The notes under the pieces are model-generated. The model was not told where the DNA came from and did not search any database. It saw only the letters and a program-made list of their open reading frames with translations. Positions 21,451-30,490 of a DNA stretch of 64,000 nucleotides are shown here, one piece after another (within the stretch, counting starts at the first letter, position 1; each line of letters opens with the position of its first letter). The DNA lies in assembly GCA_965220745.1 (NCBI GenBank), contig CBDCQT010000010.1, positions 32,001-96,000 on the forward strand, written 5' to 3'. This DNA is from Alphaproteobacteria bacterium (GTDB lineage Bacteria; Pseudomonadota; Alphaproteobacteria; UBA828). The translations under genes were made by a program, and so were the position numbers.

Positions 21451-23105
21451 ATGAAAGTTTGGATGCTATGATAAAAAGGAACGTTCTGCTAGTCGAACCA
21501 GGCTATCCGAACAAGTATCCTCCACTCGGCCTGATGAAGATTGCCGCCTACCATGGCCCCAACGGCCGCGGCGATAATGTGCTGTTTGTTAAGGGCGATA
21601 CGCCTGAAGCTCTTAATCGCGTCTGGGACCGCGTCTACGTAACCACTCTATTCAGTTTCGAGTGGAAGCGGACTTCCGCTGCTATCGACTTCGCACTGCG
21701 CGCCGTCCGCGGTCAGGCGGAGCGAGTATTTGTCGGCGGCATAGCGGCCACACTGATGTTTGACGAGTTTGCCGGCGAGCCACGCTGGGCGGGTGTACGC
21801 TTCATCAAGGGCCTTCTCGACCAGCCGCCCGCCCGCTCTCTGCAACTTTTCGCCGAGGACGGCGATTTCGGTGCCGATGATCTTGCTGGCACGTCGATCG
21901 AGGAATTGGTTCCCGATTACAGCATTCTCCGCCAGACTCCCTACACCTATCCAGTACGGAATGCCTACTTCGGATACGCGTCCCGGGGATGCGTCCGTCA
22001 ATGTGCCTTCTGCGGCGTTCCTAAGCTGGAGGGTGCGCAACGCGAGATGCCTCCGATCACTAGCCTTATCGCCGGCGTAGACGAGCAGTTTGGTCCGAAG
22101 AAAGACCTCATCCTTATGGACAACAACATCGCCGCCAGTTCCCGATATAAGGAGGTGATCGCCGAGATTCGGGATCTTGGGTTCCAGAGCGGCGCTATGT
22201 TCGAACGACCGGACACTCTACCCGTCAAACGACGTGTCGACTTCAACCAAGGGATCGACGCCCGCATCCTCTGCAAGACACCTATGTACCTCAAGGAGAT
22301 GGCGACGATCTGCATAGATCCTTTGCGCATCGCCTTCGACCACGTTGGGATGCGGCGGGTCTACGAGCGTTCTGTACATATGGCGGCCGAATACGGGTTG
22401 AGATCGCTGTCCAACTACATGCTTTACAACTTCATGGACACGCCGAACGACCTCTACCAGCGGATGAGCATCAACATTGAGCTCAACGAGCGCCTTGGCG
22501 TTAGGATTTGGTCCTTCCCAATGCGGTATCTGCCCGTCACGATGAAGGATCGTTCACACGTGGGCAAGAACTGGAACCGCTACTACCTCAGGTCCTTCCA
22601 GATCATGCTGCAAGCTACACACGGCGTCGTGTCAGGCAGCAACGAGTTCTTTCTCAGGGCCTTTGGAAATAGCGATGAAGAATTCGAGAGGCTTCTCGCA
22701 CTGCCACATGCGTTCATATTCCAGCGAGACTTCTATGAACACGGGGAAGGTAGACCTGTTCTCGACGAGTACCTTGCCCTGCTGCACCGGGCCACTGAAG
22801 CAGAACGCATCGAACTCATCAGCCTGCTCAGCGAAACTTTGCTCGCTCGACCACGCCGCCAAGCATTCCTTCGCCTACTTTCCGATAAGTCCACAGGCCA
22901 GCTCATCCGCGAGCTCGCACGATTCCACGCTATCGATACAAAGGCTGCGAAAGTCACAGACATAGCCAACGTCTTCCCCGAGGTGTCACCCGACCACATG
23001 CTTCCAGAGCCCGATGCGCTCGTCGAGGACGCGGGGCTCTACGAGCCGCTCGAACCGACAGCCCAAGTCACCTCCAGTCACCACGCTGAACGCGGATCCT
23101 GCTGA
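21447..23105 (+). CDS. Radical SAM protein with putative cobalamin-binding-like N-terminal domain (operon gene 5)
   Basis: YPPLGLMKIAAY, VFVGG, PDYSIL, SRGCVRQCAFC (CxxxCxxC), MDNN, DFNQGID. Confidence 0.85.
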   Translation: MNESLDAMIKRNVLLVEPGYPNKYPPLGLMKIAAYHGPNGRGDNVLFVKGDTPEALNRVWDRVYVTTLFSFEWKRTSAAIDFALRAVRGQAERVFVGGIAATLMFDEFAGEPRWAGVRFIKGLLDQPPARSLQLFAEDGDFGADDLAGTSIEELVPDYSILRQTPYTYPVRNAYFGYASRGCVRQCAFCGVPKLEGAQREMPPITSLIAGVDEQFGPKKDLILMDNNIAASSRYKEVIAEIRDLGFQSGAMFERPDTLPVKRRVDFNQGIDARILCKTPMYLKEMATICIDPLRIAFDHVGMRRVYERSVHMAAEYGLRSLSNYMLYNFMDTPNDLYQRMSINIELNERLGVRIWSFPMRYLPVTMKDRSHVGKNWNRYYLRSFQIMLQATHGVVSGSNEFFLRAFGNSDEEFERLLALPHAFIFQRDFYEHGEGRPVLDEYLALLHRATEAERIELISLLSETLLARPRRQAFLRLLSDKSTGQLIRELARFHAIDTKAAKVTDIANVFPEVSPDHMLPEPDALVEDAGLYEPLEPTAQVTSSHHAERGSC

Positions 23106-24604
23106 TGTCCGAGGATGCTCTCGTCGGCGGTGACATACTCCGCCTCGTCACTGCAGGCATGTACGACAATCCACTAGTCATCTACCGCGAATACCTTCAG
23201 AACGCCGCCGACTCCATAGCCTCTCTCAACGATGGTACCGGCTCGGTGAGCGTCACCATCGATCCAGTAGGATCGCAAGTCACCATTATGGACGATGGGA
23301 CCGGACTTTCGCCATCCGACGCTGTCCGTCGCCTAGTCCACATTGGTAACAGCACCAAAGTTCGCGGCGTCGAACGTGGACTACGTGGCATCGGTCGACT
23401 ATCGGCTCTCGCCTTCGCTGAGAACGTCCACTTCACGACGCGCACACGTGCCTCAGAACCTGTTACTCGGGTGTCCTGGAGCAGTCGTGCATTGCGCAAA
23501 CTTGATGTCGCTCACGTTGATGCCAGGACCGCAATCGAAGCCTGTACAACCGTCCAATCCCTTTCAAACGATCATTGGCCTGATCGATTTTTTCAGGTGA
23601 CAGTCGACGGAGTTACTCGACACGCCGCTTCGAGCATTCTCAACAGGGATGCTGTCAGGAGCTACATCGCAGAGGTCTGCCCAGTGCCCCTGGACTCTTC
23701 CTTCCCGCTTGAAGGCGAGATCCAGAACTTCCTTACCGCTCACACGGATTATTTTGTGCTCGACGTTCGGATCAACGGAGATCAGGAGCCGATAGTACGG
23801 CCTTTCAAACAGGCAATCCCTCTAACGGACGATTTTTCCGCCGTATTTGAGCGGTTGGAAACTCAGGTGATTCCTCAAGTTGATCAAGGCCACCCTGCCG
23901 CTGTTCTGTGGCTCGCACACACACCCTACGCCGGCTCCATATCCCGACGACTGAGCATCCGTGGCCTCCGTGCACGTGCCGGAAATATCCAGATCGGCTC
24001 GGATGGTGTTTTCGAACATCTCTTCCACGAGACACGCTTCAACGGTTGGTGCGTAGGCGAGGTACATATTATCGACAGTCGTATAGTCCCGAACGCTCGC
24101 CGCGACTACTTCGAGGCTGGTCCCCATCTCCGTAACCTCGAAAACCACATCGGCGCCATCGCCCACAAGATCAGCTCCCGGTGCCGTCGCGCTTCATCTC
24201 AGCGAAACAAGCTCCGAGCCGCAAGACTGGTCATTAATCAGGCCAGCTGCGCCCGCGAACTAGCCACCTCCGGGTATCTCCGCGCCGAGGACGCTTCACA
24301 ACTGCTCAGGCTTCAACGCGAACGCTTACTCCAAGTCAGAGAAACTCTCCAACATGTTCAAGGCGTGACCTCGCACTCTAGTCTAGACGACCTTGACCTT
24401 TGCCAGGCTCAACTGGACGCCGTCAAGTTCGACGCCGAACCTTCCCTGATCGGCATTCCACCTGACTCTGTCGGTAATCTCCTATCGGCCTTTGGTGTGC
24501 TCTCCCAGTCCCTGCCGCCGGATACGGCCGTTGACTTGATCGAAACCATTATGCGTCGGCTGTCCGCCGATATGTCAGCCTCCAAGGCTGCCAAGAAGGC
24601 TTAA
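23105..24604 (+). CDS. GHKL/MORC-like (HATPase_c) ATPase (operon gene 6)
   Basis: REYLQNAADS (N box), DDGTG (G1), GLRGIGRLS (G2), PNARRDYFE; TGATG overlap. Confidence 0.85.
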   Translation: MSEDALVGGDILRLVTAGMYDNPLVIYREYLQNAADSIASLNDGTGSVSVTIDPVGSQVTIMDDGTGLSPSDAVRRLVHIGNSTKVRGVERGLRGIGRLSALAFAENVHFTTRTRASEPVTRVSWSSRALRKLDVAHVDARTAIEACTTVQSLSNDHWPDRFFQVTVDGVTRHAASSILNRDAVRSYIAEVCPVPLDSSFPLEGEIQNFLTAHTDYFVLDVRINGDQEPIVRPFKQAIPLTDDFSAVFERLETQVIPQVDQGHPAAVLWLAHTPYAGSISRRLSIRGLRARAGNIQIGSDGVFEHLFHETRFNGWCVGEVHIIDSRIVPNARRDYFEAGPHLRNLENHIGAIAHKISSRCRRASSQRNKLRAARLVINQASCARELATSGYLRAEDASQLLRLQRERLLQVRETLQHVQGVTSHSSLDDLDLCQAQLDAVKFDAEPSLIGIPPDSVGNLLSAFGVLSQSLPPDTAVDLIETIMRRLSADMSASKAAKKA

Positions 24605-25044
24605 AGTATAATAAGACGTCACCTTGGATATACCATTGGAAAAGTCCCCTTTTCAGGATCACTCGACCTCATAACGTTTCCAAAAATCTCTTTCTTCCAG
24701 GGAATACATTTTTCGGACTCCCGTCACGCCTCTCCCCCCCACTAGTAAAGCCTTCTTGCGCGGTCAGAAGGTCCTCTAGGGAGATTAGAATCGGATCCTT
24801 CGGTTTTATATGTTCCGGCAACATCTACCGGCTCCTTACGCGCCACCTCAGCGCCTACTGCGACATTAAGTACTTCCCTCTCTTTGCTTGACGCACAGAG
24901 AAGCTGTTCGGGAATACTTGGCCCCGGACCCTTTGAGGCATCTCGATCAGGATGGCGTCGCGCCACCAAAGCTCCGCTTGCCCAGTGGCCCTAAGTGTCG
25001 GCCTCATTGAGGCGCGTCGGTGGCACCAGCATGAGCACTTCGAG

Positions 25045-25768
25045 TCAGCCACTTGAGCTTACCTCACTCCCATCCAAGGCCCGCGCGATGGCCGCACCGA
25101 TGCGCTCCGCCGCCGCCTCGGTCTCGCGGTCTCCGACATGGGCGTAGCGCAGCGTCATGCTCGGCCGCTTGTGACCCAGCAGGCGCGAGACGACGGGCAG
25201 CGGGATGCCCTGCAAGACGGCGTGACTTGCGAACGTGTGTCTGAGGTCATGCAGGCGCACGTCTTCGAGCCCCGCTCTCTTGCGTACCGAACGCCAGAGC
25301 GGCAGGCCGGACGACAGCGGCCGCCCGGGATCGAGCGGCGAGGGGAAGACGCAGGCGCTCCCCGAGCGTGGCTGACGCTCCAGGATGGCGCGGGCCGGCG
25401 CGCTCAGAAGGACGGTTCTCGGTCCGCCCTTGGCGTCGACCAGATTGAGCGTGTTCCCGTCGATGTCCTGCCAGCGCAGAGTAACGATCTCGTTCCTTCG
25501 ACAGCCCGTCAGCAACAGAAGACGGATGATGTCCGCCTGCCGGGCGCGTGACGGTCGCACGCTGCCATAGTGGTCAAGCTCGTGGTGGAGGCGACGGACC
25601 TCCTCGCGCGACAGGAAGCGCGTGAGCTTCGGACGGGGATTCCGCCTGATGCCGCGGACCGGATTCGTATCGAGATGACCGCAGACGACTGCATGGTTCA
25701 GCATCCGGCGGAGCAGGTTCAGCCCGTGATTGGCCCCGCCGGGAGCGGTCCGGCTGTACTCGTCGAAC
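25045..25768 (-). pseudogene. Tyrosine recombinase/integrase, N-terminus removed at IS3 junction
   Basis: LLTGCRRNEI, HDLRHTFAS, LLGHKRPSMTLRYAH; reading frame runs into the IS3 left end. Confidence 0.88.
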
Positions 25769-27031
25769 TGATCCTCCCCCATCGGATTGGTCCACCCTTA
25801 GGTTATGGAAAGAGGAGGACCGACGATGGCAAGGAAGCGTTACAAGCCCGAGGAGATCGTGAGCCTGCTGCGGCGGGCTGAGGTTCTGAACGGCCAGGGC
25901 ATGTCGATGGCGGACGCGATCCGCGAGCTTGGGATCAGCGAGGTTACCTTCTACCGCTGGCGCAAGGAGTATGCCGGGATGAGCGGCGATCAGCTCCGCC
26001 GTTTGAAGGAGCTCGAGAAGGAGAACGAGCGGCTGCGCCGTGCGGTCTCCGATCTGACGCTGGACAAGCAGATTCTCAAAGAGGCCGCAGGGGGAAACTT
26101 CTAAGCCCCTCGCGCCGGCGCCAGTGCATCGATCATGTCTGTGACCGGCTCGGGGTCTCGGAACGCCGCGCTTGCCGGGTGCTGGGGCAGCACCGCTCGA
26201 CCCAGCGCCGCATCCCGCGCGGCCGCGACGACGAGGACCGCCTGGTCGCGTACATGATCGAGCTGGCCCGCCAGTACGGCCGTTACGGCTATCGCCGCAT
26301 CGCGGCCCTGCTTCGCGATGCCGGCTGGCAGGTCAACGACAAGCGGATCGAGCGCTTGTGGCGGCGCGAGGGGCTGAAGGTGCCCGGCAAGCAACCGAAG
26401 CGGGGCCGGCTTTGGCTCAATGACGGCTCCTGCATCCGGCTGCGCGCCGAGAGGGCGGATCACGTCTGGTCCTACGACTTCGTCCATCACCGGACGTATG
26501 ACGGCAGGGCCTTCCGCATGCTCAACGTCCTGGACGAGTTCACCCGCGAGAGCCTGGTCATCCGGGTGCGCAGGAGGCTTTCCTCGATCGACGTCATCGA
26601 TGTGCTGACCGACCTGTTCATCCTGCGCGGCATTCCGACCTGGATCCGTTCCGACAACGGTCCGGAGTTCGTCGCCGAGGCCGTCAGGCGGTGGATCGCT
26701 GCGGTCAGCGCCCGCACCGCCTTCATCGAGCCGGGCTCACCCTGGGAGAACGGCTACATCGAGAGCTTCAATGCGCGGCTGCGCGACGAGCTCCTGAACG
26801 GGGAGATCTTCTACACCCTGAAGGAAGCCCAGGTTCTCATCGAATCGTGGCGGTGCCATTACAACGCCGTGCGCCCACACAGCAGCCTGGGATACCGGCC
26901 GCCGGCCCCGGAGACGATCATCATGCCAAGCTGGCCGCCCGGCTCCGCTACGCTCCGCCGGTCACCCAGCTTGGCCGGCAAACCCGCAATGCACTAACAT
27001 TCGACTTGGACCAGTCGACGGGGGCAGGTCA
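25769..27031 (+). mobile_element. IS3-family (IS407-like) insertion sequence
   Basis: TG...CA ends with imperfect IRs tgatcctcccccatcggattggtcca / tggaccagtcgacgggggcaggtca; no target duplication. Confidence 0.88.
25826..26997 (+). CDS. IS3 transposase OrfA (25826-26104) / OrfB (to 26997), programmed -1 frameshift
   Basis: OrfA HTH MARKRYKPEEIV; slippery GGGGGAAAC near 26090-26098; OrfB WSYDF, SDNGPEF, ENGYIESFN. Confidence 0.92.
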
Positions 27032-27260
27032 GTCTGTCCAGCCGTGTCAGGAGGCTATATCCCTCATCCTTGATGCGGATCGATTCGCCTGACGTCAGGT
27101 TTCCCATGTAGCTCCCTGTCTTGCCGCCCACAATTATCGTGTGACCGTACTTGGGGAAGTTGTAGGCGTAGTCAGCCAAGCTGACGGCTACAGGCTCCGC
27201 GCGAACCGTGCCGATCCCGACCAGACCTATGACTGCCATTGCTGCGATGATCGCTTTCAT
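27032..27260 (-). pseudogene. Putative secreted protein truncated by IS3
   Basis: Signal-peptide-like MKAIIAAMAVIGLVGIGTVRA; frame runs into the IS3 right end. Confidence 0.45.
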
Positions 27261-27515
27261 ATCCACCCTTCTCATGCTCGGGTTGCGACGCCGGCGGGCG
27301 CCGGGCCGTTGTCACCACCCACAGGTACGTGAGAAGTCCTGCCTATTTACCAAGACCAGGGAGCTACCCCGGCCCGAGTGCAGGCTGTTGTATTCGGCAG
27401 GTGACCCGACAGAGCGGGACCTGCGAGTGGTGACGGAAGTAGCGTCACAGAAAGTGACGGTAGTCGCAATAGCGTGGTATGATGGGGGTGGCGGTTAAGA
27501 ACAAGGAGTCGCGCC

Positions 27516-27701
27516 GTGGACGATGCGGATACCCACGCCAAGACAGCAGTCAGGGTCAAGCCATCCAGTTACCAGCCGAGCAAGGCGGAGCTGGAGGAAG
27601 ACATGAGCGTCGATGCAACGCCGGAGGCCCTGGCGGACTGCATCGGGCAGTCAGTGGCGGTGACGAAGCCTCAAGTGCGAACCGGGACCGATACCGGCTA
27701 A
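27516..27701 (+). CDS. Small hypothetical protein
   Basis: aggag RBS; YQPSKAELEEDMSVDATPEALA. Confidence 0.45.
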   Translation: MDDADTHAKTAVRVKPSSYQPSKAELEEDMSVDATPEALADCIGQSVAVTKPQVRTGTDTG

Positions 27702-27764
27702 GCCAAGATCGACGAGAGTACCAATGCGGAAGAGCGGCGCGCCCGATGGGCGCTCTTGTTACTT

Positions 27765-28061
27765 TCAGTTATAACTCCCTTCGTAAAGATCGTCCCAATC
27801 GGGGTTGTGCGCGACGATGAGATTGACCTTCCAGGCGCGCGGCCAGTGCTTCATGGTCCGTTCCCGCTGGATGGCCGCGGCAATGTCCTCGTGGCGCTCC
27901 GCGTAGACGAGCCGGGTCAGGCGGTACCGCTTGGTGAACCCCTCGACCAGGCCCTCGCGGTGTTCCCACGCCCTGCGTACAACGTTACTGGTGACACCGA
28001 GATAGAGCGTGCCGTTGGGTCGGTTGGTCATGATGTAGACCCAGCCCCCGCCCTCTCTCAT
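27765..28061 (-). CDS. GIY-YIG nuclease (small UPF0213-like, REP-adjacent)
   Basis: WVYIMTNRPNGTLYLGVTSNVVRRAWEHREG...AIQRERTMKHWPRAWK...NPDWDDL. Confidence 0.9.
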   Translation of the reverse strand: MREGGGWVYIMTNRPNGTLYLGVTSNVVRRAWEHREGLVEGFTKRYRLTRLVYAERHEDIAAAIQRERTMKHWPRAWKVNLIVAHNPDWDDLYEGSYN

Positions 28062-28082
28062 GTCCCCATGCTGCAATCCGTG

Positions 28083-28129
28083 AATGCCCGGAACACCCCC
28101 GGGCCTTGATCCGGGGGCCGAGCATGACG
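28083..28129. repeat. Compound CGTC-type REP beside GIY-YIG gene
   Basis: atgcccggaacacccccgggccttgatccgggggccgagcatgacg. Confidence 0.6.
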
Positions 28130-28401
28130 ACGTGGGGCAATAGCCCGGTCTTGGCTCAGGACTCCACGCCACGCCCGGCCGTGAGCTCGTGATTGTACCG
28201 TGCTGCCTCGGCGCGCGCCTCGGTCCCCCCCTTTCGCCTCGCTCTCCGCGTCGGAGAGCTCCTCGACGGTATGCACTTGACGTTCTCGCCGTTTCCTGGC
28301 TCATACGCTTGGATTGAGATAATCGCGCGTCGGTTCCTTCAACAGCGCCAATTGGAAGATCTCAATGATGCGCTGCTTTATTTAGGAGGGGAGTATCGGT
28401 T

Positions 28402-28926
28402 TTGAGTGCTTACTTTGAGTGGAATGAGGATTTGCCATTTCTTGCACAACAAAATCGAGAGGTCTTTGCGCGTTTTGGCCTAGCAATGTACTACTCACAG
28501 TGCTTAGAAACACAAATCGGAATTATGCTGTCCACAATGTACAATGTGAACTTTTTTGACAGTTCTATGGAGGAACGAGATATTTTCTTTGAGAAAAATT
28601 TGTCTAAGACACTGGGCGCAATGGAGAAAGATCTTGAAAATAGAGCGTCGCTACCGCCTAATCTAGAAGTCAAGTTGAAAGATGCAGTTAAGCTTAGAAA
28701 CTGGCTAGCGCATCGCTATTTCTACGAGCGCGGAAAAGATATCCTGCTGTCTGATGGGCGAGAAAGAATGATTCTAGAACTTCAAGAGAAGGTTGATTTT
28801 CTGAAGAACGTAGATGAGGAATTCGTGAACATACTGAAAGTGTGGCGGCGCGATAAGGGAATATCCGATGAGCAAGTACAAGAAGAAATGCAAAAACTTC
28901 TCTCAGACTCCAACATAAGCTTCTGA
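28402..28926 (+). CDS. Hypothetical AT-rich helical protein (possible HEPN-like RNWLAH motif)
   Basis: 174-aa ORF, aggagg RBS, LRNWLAHRYF (Rx4H). Confidence 0.6.
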   Translation: MSAYFEWNEDLPFLAQQNREVFARFGLAMYYSQCLETQIGIMLSTMYNVNFFDSSMEERDIFFEKNLSKTLGAMEKDLENRASLPPNLEVKLKDAVKLRNWLAHRYFYERGKDILLSDGRERMILELQEKVDFLKNVDEEFVNILKVWRRDKGISDEQVQEEMQKLLSDSNISF

Positions 28927-29163
28927 ATGAATATTTCAGATTTTCTATAGATTGGCTTGCCTCTCTCTGCGGCACTCATTGAGCAAAGCGTGTTTGAGCA
29001 AGAACAAGCTGAGAGAGATTCGCTGGAGTCCATAAACACTCTAATCGGCTATTGCCCCCTATTCCACTAATGAGCGTGCGCTTCCTGCAACATGCTATGG
29101 TCACCAGCCACCTCCACAAAGGTTTTCTAGGGGATGGCGTAAGCGAGAGGAGCCACCGCCACA

Positions 29164-30336
29164 ATGACCTCCAACCGAATTCCGGGCCTGGATTTCGGGC
29201 TCGGCGAGACGGCCGACATGATCCGCTCGTCGGTCGAGAGCTTCGCGCAGGCCGAGATCGCGCCGCGCGCCGAAGAGATCGACGCGAGCAACGAGTTCCC
29301 GCGCGACCTCTGGCCCCGCATGGGCGCGCTCGGGCTGCTCGGCCTCACGGTGGAGGAGGAGGAAGGCGGCAGCGGCCTCGGCTACCTGGAGCATTGCGTC
29401 GCCATGGAGGAGGTGAGCCGCGCGTCCGCCTCGGTCGGCCTCAGCTACGGCGCGCATTCCAACCTCTGCGTCAACCAGATCAGGCTCAACGGCACCCCCG
29501 CCCAACGCGCGCGCTACCTGCCCAAGCTGATCTCGGGCGCGCATGTCGGCGCGCTCGCCATGAGCGAGCCGGGCGCGGGCTCGGACGTGGTGGGCATGCG
29601 CACCCGCGCCGAACGCCGTGGCGATCGCTACGTCCTCAACGGCTCCAAGATGTGGATCACCAACGGGCCGGACGCCGAGGTCCTGGTGGTCTACGCCAAG
29701 ACCGACCCGGACGCCGGCAGCCGCGGCATCACCGCCTTCCTGATCGAGCAGGGCATGGCCGGCTTCTCCACCGCCCAAAAACTCGACAAGCTCGGCATGC
29801 GGGGGTCGAACACCTGCGAGCTCGTGTTCGAGGACTGCGAGGTGCCGGCGGAGAACGTGATCGGCGAGGAAGACCGGGGCGTCAACGTGCTGATGAGCGG
29901 GCTCGACTACGAGCGCGCGGTGCTTGCCGCCGGCCCCCTGGGCATCATGCGCGCCTGCATGGACATCGTGCTGCCCTACGTCCACCAGCGCCAGCAGTTC
30001 GGCCGGCCCATCGGCACCTTCCAGCTCATGCAGGGCAAGATCGCGGACATGTACACGGCGATGAACGCGGCCCGCGCCTACGTGTACGCCGTGGCGCGCG
30101 CGTGCGACCGGGGCGAGACCAGCCGCAAGGACGCCGCCGGCGCCATCCTCTTCGCCGCCGAGAAGGCCACCTGGATGGCGCTGGAGGCGATCCAGGCGCT
30201 GGGCGGCAACGGCTACGTCAACGAGTTCGCCACCGGCAGGTTGCTGCGCGACGCCAAGCTCTACGAGATCGGCGCCGGCACCAGCGAGATCCGCCGCATG
30301 CTTATCGGCCGCGAGCTCTTCGAGGAGACGGGATAA
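29164..30336 (+). CDS. ivd: Isovaleryl-CoA dehydrogenase
   Basis: [48 protein letters not shown]. Confidence 0.93.
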   Translation: MTSNRIPGLDFGLGETADMIRSSVESFAQAEIAPRAEEIDASNEFPRDLWPRMGALGLLGLTVEEEEGGSGLGYLEHCVAMEEVSRASASVGLSYGAHSNLCVNQIRLNGTPAQRARYLPKLISGAHVGALAMSEPGAGSDVVGMRTRAERRGDRYVLNGSKMWITNGPDAEVLVVYAKTDPDAGSRGITAFLIEQGMAGFSTAQKLDKLGMRGSNTCELVFEDCEVPAENVIGEEDRGVNVLMSGLDYERAVLAAGPLGIMRACMDIVLPYVHQRQQFGRPIGTFQLMQGKIADMYTAMNAARAYVYAVARACDRGETSRKDAAGAILFAAEKATWMALEAIQALGGNGYVNEFATGRLLRDAKLYEIGAGTSEIRRMLIGRELFEETG

Positions 30337-30411
30337 GCGCACGCCGTCCGCGCCGCACTGCAACCCGACGAGGTGTCTGCCCTGATAGGGGCCGGGCCGG
30401 AGGCCCGGACG

Positions 30412-30490
30412 GCGCGACTGCGCCGCGCGCGAAGCGCGTAGCCAAGCGAGCGGAGCGAGCGCCCGGCGCCTGAGGGAAATGAACGAGTCA
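30412..30490. repeat. Interspersed GC-rich repeat, copy 2
   Basis: Matches 7505-7590; its terminal tca (30488-30490) is the BVMO stop codon. Confidence 0.75.

Noticed and set aside
27390-27460. Two small hairpins suggesting an ncRNA
   Set aside because: Single occurrence, short stems and no recognisable family features.
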